From: Clostridium sp. CAG:793 | GTDB lineage: Bacteria > Bacillota > Clostridia > TANB77 > CAG-508 | DNA length: 64,000 nt | Reading direction: 5' to 3' | Assembly: GCA_000433915.1 (NCBI GenBank) | Contig: HF993646.1 | Coordinates: 69,357 to 133,356 of the forward strand | In this document: one piece after another, positions 41,535 to 49,982 of the stretch | Numbering within the stretch: the first letter of the stretch is position 1 | Layout: the number at the start of each line of letters is the position of its first letter | Notes under the pieces: generated by a model | Seen by the model: the letters and a program-made list of their open reading frames with translations, nothing else | The model's database searches: none | What the model was told of the DNA's origin: nothing | Program-made: the position numbers and the translations under genes

Positions 41535-42095
41535 ATGGGCGACGAAACTTTCGCAGAATACATTCTAGGAGAAACAGATTGGAGCAAGAAGCTAGAAATA
41601 ATGTATTATTTGAAAAAGAGAACAGGAATATATTATGATAATTCAGTAATATTTAAAGCTCTAATAACAAAGATGTTCCTAGATTATTTAAAACAGTATT
41701 ATCCTGATTTACAAATTGACGAGAATATAGTTATAACGGCTAGATTGCTTTGCGATTGTATGAAAGTAGAAAACTCAACTAATATAGAAGAAATAAAGAA
41801 TTATGCAAAAAGAGGAGCTGAATATTTAGCTAAACTTGGCTTTGACGAAAGATTTTGCAAAATATGTGAAGGAGTAAATAGATATACAATAAAAGAAAAT
41901 AGAACAATAGAAATGGACATACTAGAACTAGCAGATCAATTTGGCGGAATGTTATTGGACAGACCGGAAAGAATAGGTTTTGAACCAGAAGAAGCTATTG
42001 TATTATTACAATATAGAAATCTAAAAGATAAAGAAAATAAAATGTTAAATTTATTTATAGAATTTGTACATTATGCACAAAATATTGAGGTATAG
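41535..42095 (+). CDS. hypothetical protein (186 aa)
   Basis: AGGAGG RBS; first gene of a tight three-gene unit. No domain recognised. Confidence 0.6.
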   Translation: MGDETFAEYILGETDWSKKLEIMYYLKKRTGIYYDNSVIFKALITKMFLDYLKQYYPDLQIDENIVITARLLCDCMKVENSTNIEEIKNYAKRGAEYLAKLGFDERFCKICEGVNRYTIKENRTIEMDILELADQFGGMLLDRPERIGFEPEEAIVLLQYRNLKDKENKMLNLFIEFVHYAQNIEV

Positions 42096-42107
42096 GAGGG
42101 GAATAAT

Positions 42108-42506
42108 ATGCCAACAGAAGATAGTATAAGAAAAGCTCAGAAGATTTTTAATGATATGACAGATCCGCAAAATTTAATAAAAGGAATCAGCTATGCTAAG
42201 CAACTAGAGGAAGATTTTGTGAGAATGATTGAGCTACAGAAATTAAGAGAAAATCAGAAAAGCAAAGAAAAAGTCGAAATAACTCCGACACAATTAGCTT
42301 CTGAAATTGCTAATGACATGATGAGAAGTGAAAGAGAAAGTGGCGCTATGTCGCCTGAAGTCGCTAATACTCCATATACGAGCCATAGTGTGTTAAATCC
42401 ACATAATCCGGATGTGGAAGAACTGTATAGTAGATATGGAAATGGAGCAATAGAAAATAATAGAGAACAAAATAGAGAACAAAATAGTGAGGAACATACA
42501 AGATAG
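42108..42506 (+). CDS. hypothetical acidic protein (132 aa) with NREQ tandem repeat at the C-terminus
   Basis: GGAGGGG RBS and a 12-bp tandem duplication AATAGAGAACAA near the 3' end. Confidence 0.55.
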   Translation: MPTEDSIRKAQKIFNDMTDPQNLIKGISYAKQLEEDFVRMIELQKLRENQKSKEKVEITPTQLASEIANDMMRSERESGAMSPEVANTPYTSHSVLNPHNPDVEELYSRYGNGAIENNREQNREQNSEEHTR

Positions 42507-42519
42507 AGAGGAAAATTAA

Positions 42520-43710
42520 ATGAACGAAATATTTGCAGATTTACATGTACACATAGGAAGAAGCGAAAATGGAAAACCAATAAAAATTACAGGAGCTCGT
42601 TCACTGAACTTTGCTAACATAGCAAAAGAATGTTATGAAAGAAAAGGAATTGATGTAGTAGGAATAATTGATTGTGCATCACCTTATGTTATTGAAGACA
42701 TTGAAAACTTTTTAAAAACAGGTGAAGCATATGAATTAAAAGATGGTGGAATAATTTATAAAGATAAAGTATGTATTATACTAGGAAGTGAAGTAGAAAC
42801 ATCAGAAAAAAATGAAGATGGCAAAACAGGTAGTGCACATAATTTATGTTATTTTCCAACGCTTAAGGATATAAAAGGCTTTTCGCAGGAAATGTCTAAG
42901 CATATTCATAATATTACATTAAGTACTCAAAGATCTGATGTATCAGGTTATGAATTAATTGATATAGTAGAGAAATATAATGGTGTATTAATTCCTGCTC
43001 ACGTATTTACACCATTTAAAAGTTATTATGGAAATTGCACAAGAAGAATAGAAAGAATTTTTAAAGAAAAATATAATAAAATTTTTGCAATAGAATTGGG
43101 ATTAAGTTCAGATACATATTATGCTGATAAGATTTCAGAATTAGCTGGTAAACAATTTGTAACTAACTCAGATGCACATTCATTACCTAAAATAGCAAGA
43201 GAATATAATAAATTATTAGTAGAAGATGTAAGCTTTAAAGAAATATTTAAAGCAATAAAAGGTGAGGATGGAAGAAAGATTATATGTAATTATGGATTAG
43301 ATCCTAAACTAGGAAAATACAATAGAAGCTTTTGTGAAGATTGCAACTGTTCTATAGAAACACCAGCACCAGCATTAAAATGCGATAAATGTGGTGGAAC
43401 AAATATTACAATGGGAGTTTTCGATAGAATAGAAATGATCAAAGATCAAGAATCAACAAGCCCAAGTTTTAGACCAGAATATCATTATCAAGTACCACTT
43501 CAATTTATGCCAGGAGTGGGAAATAAAGCCATAGAAAAATTACTTTCTGCATTTGGCACAGAAATGACTATATTAAATAAAGTTACAAGAGATGATTTAG
43601 AATCTTGTGTTGGAGAAAAATTAGCTGATGTTATTGATAATGCTAGACAAGGAAAAATGCATATTCATGCCGGAGGTGGCGGAGTATACGGAAAAGTAGA
43701 AAATGTATAG
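42520..43710 (+). CDS. endonuclease Q-like PHP-domain protein (TIGR00375 family)
   Basis: ADLHVHIGRS PHP motif and an internal zinc ribbon CEDCNC...CDKCGG. Confidence 0.75.
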   Translation: MNEIFADLHVHIGRSENGKPIKITGARSLNFANIAKECYERKGIDVVGIIDCASPYVIEDIENFLKTGEAYELKDGGIIYKDKVCIILGSEVETSEKNEDGKTGSAHNLCYFPTLKDIKGFSQEMSKHIHNITLSTQRSDVSGYELIDIVEKYNGVLIPAHVFTPFKSYYGNCTRRIERIFKEKYNKIFAIELGLSSDTYYADKISELAGKQFVTNSDAHSLPKIAREYNKLLVEDVSFKEIFKAIKGEDGRKIICNYGLDPKLGKYNRSFCEDCNCSIETPAPALKCDKCGGTNITMGVFDRIEMIKDQESTSPSFRPEYHYQVPLQFMPGVGNKAIEKLLSAFGTEMTILNKVTRDDLESCVGEKLADVIDNARQGKMHIHAGGGGVYGKVENV

Positions 43711-43858
43711 ATAAAAAATGCAATAATCTTAGGATTATTGTATTTTTGCTTATATAGAAATATGAAGCCTATAGTAATAAATGATTGGGCAGATTTATTA
43801 TACAAAAATGAATAATAATAACTTTTATGGAATAGTATTATGTATCAGGAGGAAACAG

Positions 43859-44467
43859 ATGAGAAAGGCGATAGAAAGACATATACAAGAAAACATAAAA
43901 GAATATTTTATACTTTTTTTAGTACTTCTTATGGGAATATTGATTGGCACATTTGTATTAAATAATTCAGGTGATGAACAAAAATCGGAGATAATTAAAT
44001 ACATTACTGATTTTAATTCTAGTATAAAAAGTGGAAACAAAATAGATTATGCTTGTATACTTAAAGAAAATATAAATAAAAATATAAAAACTATACTTTT
44101 AATGGCTTTTTTAAGTATATCTATAATTGGCATATTGGGTACATATATTTTTATTGGGTATAAAGGATTTTGCATAGGATATTCAATTTCAGCAGTTATT
44201 ATGACTTTGGGAATTGGAAAGGGAATGTTATTTACTTTATCTATTATGCTAGTAAGTAAAATAATAGAGATTCCAGCACTATTGATGTTGGCAGTTGCTG
44301 GAATGAAAATGTATAAATCTATTGTGCAAGATAGAGAAAATTTTAAACAAGAAATAGTAAAGTATTTAATATATGTGGGAGTGGCGATTTTTTTATTAGC
44401 AATATCAGTATTACTAGAAACCTATTTATCAAGTAACCTATATATTAGTATTTCAAAGTATATATGA
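43859..44467 (+). CDS. spoIIM: stage II sporulation protein M
   Basis: The ATG at 43859 follows AGGAGG. About 200 aa, polytopic, with the typical SpoIIM layout next to xerD. Confidence 0.8.
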   Translation: MRKAIERHIQENIKEYFILFLVLLMGILIGTFVLNNSGDEQKSEIIKYITDFNSSIKSGNKIDYACILKENINKNIKTILLMAFLSISIIGILGTYIFIGYKGFCIGYSISAVIMTLGIGKGMLFTLSIMLVSKIIEIPALLMLAVAGMKMYKSIVQDRENFKQEIVKYLIYVGVAIFLLAISVLLETYLSSNLYISISKYI

Positions 44468-44612
44468 CTACAACAGAAATGCAAAAAAGTCAATACTTTT
44501 GGACAAAATTTATTTAATAAAATATTGCTCAATTCTCTTTACTTTTTAGAAATAATTTGATATAACATAATAAGTTTATGTAAAACAATATAATTTAAAG
44601 GGGCAAAACAAA

Positions 44613-45494
44613 ATGGATAAGCAAATCAAACTTTTTTTAGAATTTTTACAGAACGATAAAAAATTGTCAGATAATACTCTTCAATCTTATAGAAGAGATA
44701 TTTTACAATTCGAAAAGTTCCTTGACGCCAATGATATTAACTTTTCAAAAGCAACAGAAGAAAACATTGAAGATTATCTAAAAGAGTTACAAAAAGAAGG
44801 CAAGAAGACGTCTACTGCATCTAGAAGTTTAGCTACTATACGTTCTTTTTATCAATATCTATTAAGGACAAAGAAGGTTAAGGAAGATCCAACTGTTTCT
44901 ATCCAATCTCCTAAAATAGAGAAAAGAGTTCCAAGTGTATTGACTTCTGAAGAAGTTGAACTATTACTAGATCAACCAAAAGACGTTGATTTAAAAGGAA
45001 CTAGAGATAAGGCAATGCTTGAGTTTGCTTATGCAACTGGAATGAAAGTAACAGAAATAATTGATTTAAATATAGATGATGTTAATTTTGACGAAAATAC
45101 AGTATTATGCAGTAATGGAAAAAAAGCTAGAATTATTCCATTAGGAACATTAGCTGAAAAAGCACTTAAAGAATATGTTGAAGATGCACGACCAATAATG
45201 GTTAAAGATGAAACTAACAAAGCATTATTTGTAAATGTTAATGGTGATAGATTAACAAGACAAGGATTTTGGAAAATAGTAAAATATTACAAAGAACAAG
45301 CTCATATTGAAAAAGATATAACTCCTCATGTATTAAGACATTCATTTGCAACACATCTTTTACAAAATGGTGCAGATTTAAAATCTATACAAGCTATGTT
45401 AGGACATTCAGATATATCTTCTACTCAGATTTATGCACAATTTCAAACCCCTGAATTAAAAAATATATATAAGAAAGCTCATCCAAGAGCATAG
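44613..45494 (+). CDS. xerD: site-specific tyrosine recombinase XerD
   Basis: SAM-like N-domain. Catalytic residues in R...HVLRHSFATHLL...GHSDISSTQIY. Confidence 0.85.
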   Translation: MDKQIKLFLEFLQNDKKLSDNTLQSYRRDILQFEKFLDANDINFSKATEENIEDYLKELQKEGKKTSTASRSLATIRSFYQYLLRTKKVKEDPTVSIQSPKIEKRVPSVLTSEEVELLLDQPKDVDLKGTRDKAMLEFAYATGMKVTEIIDLNIDDVNFDENTVLCSNGKKARIIPLGTLAEKALKEYVEDARPIMVKDETNKALFVNVNGDRLTRQGFWKIVKYYKEQAHIEKDITPHVLRHSFATHLLQNGADLKSIQAMLGHSDISSTQIYAQFQTPELKNIYKKAHPRA

Positions 45495-45503
45495 AAAAAG
45501 AAC

Positions 45504-45527
45504 TTAGGCATTGCCTAATTTTTTTTG
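45504..45527 (+). terminator. intrinsic terminator after xerD
   Basis: Stem TTAGGC/GCCTAA followed by T8. Confidence 0.7.
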
Positions 45528-45667
45528 TCTAATTAATATAAACTTTCCCATTTTTGGTACTTGACATATTTCAATAATAATAATAAAATATATATGTAGA
45601 ATATTTATAAAAAATGATTATATATATTTGTACATTGAAAATTTAATGAAAAAGAGGTGTTATAATT

Positions 45668-47209
45668 ATGCAAATTGTAATTTATATCACTATTTTTCTA
45701 GTCTCAGCGATAATATTTTCAATTATTGGATACATGGCAAGAAAGAAGATTGCAGAGTCAAAGATTGAGGGTGCAGAGAAAGAAGCACTAAGAATACTTG
45801 AAAATGCCAATAAGGAAGCAGAAAATGCAAAGAAGGAAGAAATTGTTCGTGCTAAAGAAGAAATTATAAGAGCAAGAAATGATTTGGAAGATGAGATTAG
45901 AGAAAGAAGAAGTGATGTTCAACAACAAGAAAAAAGATTGATTCAAAAAGAAGAAAATTTGGAAAAGAAAATTTATAATGCAGAGCAAAGAGAAAAGCAA
46001 TTGGACAAACGTGAAGATGGCATTGAGTCTACTAGACAAGAGGTTGAAAAACTAAAAGATGCACAACTTGACGAATTAGAGAGAATAGCAAGATTAACGG
46101 AGAATGAAGCTAAGGAACAATTACTTGCTAAAATTGATGAAACTCTTACAGCAGAAAAAGCTGAAAAAATAAGAGCGATAGAGGAGCATATAAAAGATAA
46201 AGCAGAAGAAACTGCTAAAAATGTTATAACATATGCTATTCAAAAATGTGCTGCAGATCATACCTCAGAAGCTACAGTTTCTATTGTTTCATTACCAAGT
46301 GATGATATGAAGGGAAGAATAATTGGTAGAGAAGGTAGAAATATTAAAGCTCTCGAAACTCTTACAGGTGTTGACTTTATTATTGATGATACACCAGAAG
46401 CAGTTGTTATATCAGGGTTTGATCCACTTAGAAGAGAAGTTGCAAGGATAGCGCTTGAAAAACTTATTGAAGATGGAAGAATACATCCATCAAAGATTGA
46501 AGAAATGGTTGAAAAGGCTAAAGAACAATTAGCTAAAACAATCAAGGAAGAGGGCGAAAGAGCTGCAATGGAAGCAGGTGTTATTAATTTACACCCAGAC
46601 ATTATAAATTTACTTGGAAAGCTAAAGTATAGGACAAGCTATGGACAAAATGTATTAATGCACTCTATTGAAGTTTCTAATTTAGCTAGAATAATGGCTG
46701 ATGAATTAGGACTTGATGTAAAACTTGCAAGACGTGCAGGATTATTACATGATATAGGAAAAGCATTAGACCATGACATGGAAGGAACTCATGTTGAAAT
46801 CGGTGTTGATATATTGAAAAAATATAAGGAAGATCCAAGAGTTATAAATGCTGTAGAAGCTCACCATGGAGATGTTGAACCGCAAACACCAGAAGCATGT
46901 TTAGTACAAGCAGCAGATGCTATATCAGCTTCAAGACCAGGAGCAAGACGAGAAACACTAGAAGCATATATCAAGAGATTAGAGCAATTGGAATCAATAG
47001 CAGATTCTTTTGATGGGGTTGAAAAATCATATGCAATTCAAGCTGGTAGAGAGATTAGAATTATTGTAAGACCAGAAAAGATTTCAGATGATCAAATGAC
47101 TATAATTGCTAGAAAGATTGCTAAAAAAATCGAAGAAGAAATGGATTATCCAGGACAAATAAAAGTAAACATGATTAGAGAAAAACGTGTTGTTGATTAT
47201 GCAAGATAA
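45668..47209 (+). CDS. rny: ribonuclease Y
   Basis: N-terminal TM, long coiled coil, KH domain ([11 protein letters not shown]) and HD domain (LLHDIGKA). Confidence 0.97.
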   Translation: MQIVIYITIFLVSAIIFSIIGYMARKKIAESKIEGAEKEALRILENANKEAENAKKEEIVRAKEEIIRARNDLEDEIRERRSDVQQQEKRLIQKEENLEKKIYNAEQREKQLDKREDGIESTRQEVEKLKDAQLDELERIARLTENEAKEQLLAKIDETLTAEKAEKIRAIEEHIKDKAEETAKNVITYAIQKCAADHTSEATVSIVSLPSDDMKGRIIGREGRNIKALETLTGVDFIIDDTPEAVVISGFDPLRREVARIALEKLIEDGRIHPSKIEEMVEKAKEQLAKTIKEEGERAAMEAGVINLHPDIINLLGKLKYRTSYGQNVLMHSIEVSNLARIMADELGLDVKLARRAGLLHDIGKALDHDMEGTHVEIGVDILKKYKEDPRVINAVEAHHGDVEPQTPEACLVQAADAISASRPGARRETLEAYIKRLEQLESIADSFDGVEKSYAIQAGREIRIIVRPEKISDDQMTIIARKIAKKIEEEMDYPGQIKVNMIREKRVVDYAR

Positions 47210-47220
47210 TTTATAAAATA

Positions 47221-47257
47221 AAAGATTCTATAATAGAAATATTATGGAATCTTTTTT
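47221..47257 (+). terminator. intrinsic terminator after rny
   Basis: 14-bp stem AAAGATTCTATAAT/ATTATGGAATCTTT followed by a T-run. Confidence 0.8.
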
Positions 47258-47421
47258 GGACAATTATGGATATTAATATAAAATCAAAAAATAAAGAAAA
47301 AATGAGAAAATAAAAGAAATATTGAGAAAAACATACAGAATAAGCATTACAAAATACTGCAAAGTCAAAGGAAATGGAATAAATCACTTTACACAATAAT
47401 ATAAATATTGTATACTATATC

Positions 47422-47986
47422 TTGTTGGTGCAGTATTCTAGTGATATTGCTTATTATGAGAGTGGGGCTAAAAATCCACTAAAAGGCTGACACGAATTTT
47501 ATATTTTGCGCGGGACGCCAAGCTTGTGTGATATATAAAATATGAGAATAGGAAAATATATAATGGCATATATATTAACTCCTCTTTTCGCATAGTCTAT
47601 CAATAGCCTGTTTTGAGTGATAGTCTTGGGATTAACTTAAAAAATAAGATTATTTGGCCAAATAGTTTTATTATTTGTTATGAAATCACTATTGCAAAAA
47701 GAACTAGTAATAAACGTAATATTTCAAGGAAATCTTCTAGACTGTTTGCATCAAATGTGAGAAGTTTTATGGATTAAGATACGGATTTAAGTGGCAATCT
47801 GGTAGCCAAATTTTTGGATGCTCTGATTAAATGGAAACAACTAAACAGTAATGGTTAGTTCGGAGTAGAGAAATTCGACTAGACCTAAACCGTAAAATTT
47901 ACGTATAACTTTACCAACAAAATAAATAAAAAATAAGTAGAGAATTGATATCAAGCGGTAAGTTAAACTTATCGTTTTATTTTTTA
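47422..47986 (+). ncRNA. candidate large structured non-coding RNA (family unassigned)
   Basis: Promoter TTTACA-17-TATACT (47388-47416). Closing helix 47422-29/47913-20, nested helices 47434-42/47703-12 and 47714-24/47895-904, terminator 47954-86. No + strand ORF of 60 aa or more. Confidence 0.4.
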
Positions 47987-48067
47987 TAAAGCTTTGGATA
48001 GACAAAGTAGGAAAAGTATTATATAATGACGAGGAGGAATAAACCAATTTTAATTGGTTATGAAAAA

Positions 48068-48619
48068 ATGAAGGAAAAACAAAAAGAAAAGAGAAAAATG
48101 AATGAAGAGCTGAAATGGTTTATACAGGTATCTATAATTGCATTTGTATTATCAATTATATTTTCATTTATTTCAAACAGTGCGGTATCTAGCTTGCCAC
48201 TTATACCAGCAATACTAGTATTAATATTAGTAGTATTTATTGGAATAATATTTGATGTAATAGGTGTTGCTGTTACTGTAGCTGATGAAAAGGAATTTCA
48301 TGCAAAAGCAACTAAGAAGTTACCAGGAGCTAAAACATCAATTAATTTAATAAAAAATGCTGGGAAAGTTTCAAATATATGTGCCGATGTAATAGGAGAT
48401 ATATGTGGAGTTTTAAGTGGAGCTATAAGTGCTGGAATTGCTATAAAAATAATGAATGCGATGAACATTTCAACTAATATTCAATTCATCATAAGTGCAT
48501 TAGTTGCTTCAATGACAATTGGTGGCAAGGCACTAGGTAAAGGATTTGCAAGAAAACATTCAACTGAAATTATAATGATTATAGGAAAAATATTGAGCAA
48601 ATTTAAAAAAGAAAAATAG
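48068..48619 (+). CDS. small four-TM membrane protein of unknown function
   Basis: Four hydrophobic segments and a D-V-I-G-D motif in the third. Own promoter TTGGAT-17-TATTAT at 47993-48021. Start uncertain (48026, 48068 or 48098). Confidence 0.7.
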   Translation: MKEKQKEKRKMNEELKWFIQVSIIAFVLSIIFSFISNSAVSSLPLIPAILVLILVVFIGIIFDVIGVAVTVADEKEFHAKATKKLPGAKTSINLIKNAGKVSNICADVIGDICGVLSGAISAGIAIKIMNAMNISTNIQFIISALVASMTIGGKALGKGFARKHSTEIIMIIGKILSKFKKEK

Positions 48620-48639
48620 ATAAGAAAGAGGATTTATAA

Positions 48640-49404
48640 ATGAAGATATTGGCTATAGGAGATCTAGTTGGTGAAAATGGATTAGCTAAGTTAAAAAAAG
48701 ATTTGGATAATATACAGGAAGCTGAAAATATAGATTTCACAATTGTTAATGCTGAAAATGTAGCAGGTGGAATGGGAATTACCATAAAAATATTTCAAGA
48801 ACTTAAAAATATGGATATAGATGTACTAACTATGGGAAATCATACATGGGGAAAGAAAGATATATTTTCTTTTATAGATGATCCAATGCTGGTTAGACCA
48901 GCCAATTATTCGAAAGGTGTACCAGGACACGGATATACTATTCTTACTAAAAATAGTAAAACAATATGTGTAATTAATTTAATTGGTAGAACTGATATGG
49001 GAGTATTATCGGAAAATCCATTTACCGTGGTTGATAATATTTTAAAGAAAGTCTCAGCAGATATTTTCATTGTCGACTTCCATGCTGAGGCATCTGCGGA
49101 AAAAATTGCGATGGGCTATTACTTAAATGGAAGAGTTAATGCAGTTTATGGAACACATACACATGTACAAACTGCGGATGAAACTATCCTAGATAAAGGA
49201 ACAGCATACATAACTGATATAGGAATGACTGGACCTCGTAAGTCTGTAATTGGAATGGATGTAGATGCATCATTAAAACGTTTTGTTACATCTTTACCAG
49301 AAAGATATAAATTAGCAACAGGTGATTGCAAATTAAATGGTGTTGTCTTTGAGATAAATGACGAAAATTGTCGAACAGAGAAAGTATATAGAATAAATAT
49401 ATAA
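48640..49404 (+). CDS. ymdB: 2',3'-cyclic-nucleotide 2'-phosphodiesterase YmdB (TIGR00282 metallophosphoesterase)
   Basis: MKILAIGDLVG, NAENVAGG, GNHTW, DFHAEA, GTHTHVQTAD motifs. Confidence 0.93.
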   Translation: MKILAIGDLVGENGLAKLKKDLDNIQEAENIDFTIVNAENVAGGMGITIKIFQELKNMDIDVLTMGNHTWGKKDIFSFIDDPMLVRPANYSKGVPGHGYTILTKNSKTICVINLIGRTDMGVLSENPFTVVDNILKKVSADIFIVDFHAEASAEKIAMGYYLNGRVNAVYGTHTHVQTADETILDKGTAYITDIGMTGPRKSVIGMDVDASLKRFVTSLPERYKLATGDCKLNGVVFEINDENCRTEKVYRINI

Positions 49405-49416
49405 TAAAATGTCGAA
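49359..49416 (+). promoter_or_regulatory. cluster of Spo0A 0A boxes upstream of spoVS
   Basis: TGACGAA (49359), TGTCGAA (49369) and TGTCGAA (49410), all matching the TGNCGAA consensus. Confidence 0.45.
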
Positions 49417-49546
49417 AATTGTCATAAAACGGAAAAACGAGTCGATGAAAACTTTGGAAAATTAATAAAAAATACTGGACATTTTTTCCAAAATATATTA
49501 TAACTATAATTGTAATTACAAATAAAAAATAATATAGGAGGAATCA

Positions 49547-49807
49547 ATGGAAGTTTTAAAAATCTCATCAAAATCAAATCCAAATTCAGTAGCAGGAGCT
49601 ATTGCAGGGATGGTAAAGGAAACAAGAAAGGCAGAAATGCAAGCGATAGGAGCAGGAGCTCTTAATCAAGCTGTGAAGGCAGTGGCAATTGCGAGAGGAT
49701 TTGTAGCACCTACAGGAGTAGATCTAGTATGTATACCTGCATTTGCTGAAGTTCAAGTGGAGGGCGAAGATAGAACTGGAATTAGGCTAATTGTAGAATC
49801 AAGATAA
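49547..49807 (+). CDS. spoVS: stage V sporulation protein S
   Basis: 86 aa; MEVLKISSKSNPNSVAGAIAG...QAIGAGALNQAVKA is the conserved SpoVS sequence. Confidence 0.96.
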   Translation: MEVLKISSKSNPNSVAGAIAGMVKETRKAEMQAIGAGALNQAVKAVAIARGFVAPTGVDLVCIPAFAEVQVEGEDRTGIRLIVESR

Positions 49808-49833
49808 TGATTAAGTAAATAAAATATAAATTT

Positions 49834-49894
49834 AACGGGCATGTTATAGTAGTGTTGTGAAAGCTGACAATACTCTATTCATACCCGTTTTTCA
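49834..49894 (+). terminator. long imperfect hairpin terminator after spoVS
   Basis: AACGGGCAT ... ATACCCGTT followed by T5. Confidence 0.6.
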
Positions 49895-49982
49895 ATTAAA
49901 AATATATTCTAAAACTATTGAAAAACAATTACATTTATTATATTATATGCTGGTAAAACATAATTGAAAGGAAATCATTTGC

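Noticed and set aside
44613-45494. The tyrosine recombinase as a mobile-element integrase.
   Set aside because: It has full XerD-like length and motifs, lies next to spoIIM in a housekeeping context, and has host-like composition. There are no att-like repeats or cargo around it.
47211-47396. Minus-strand ORFs 47211-47396 and 47841-48047 in the rny-ymdB gap.
   Set aside because: No RBS, and the translations are F/I/L-rich AT-driven sequence. One overlaps the rny terminator, the other overlaps the terminator and promoter around 47954-48021.
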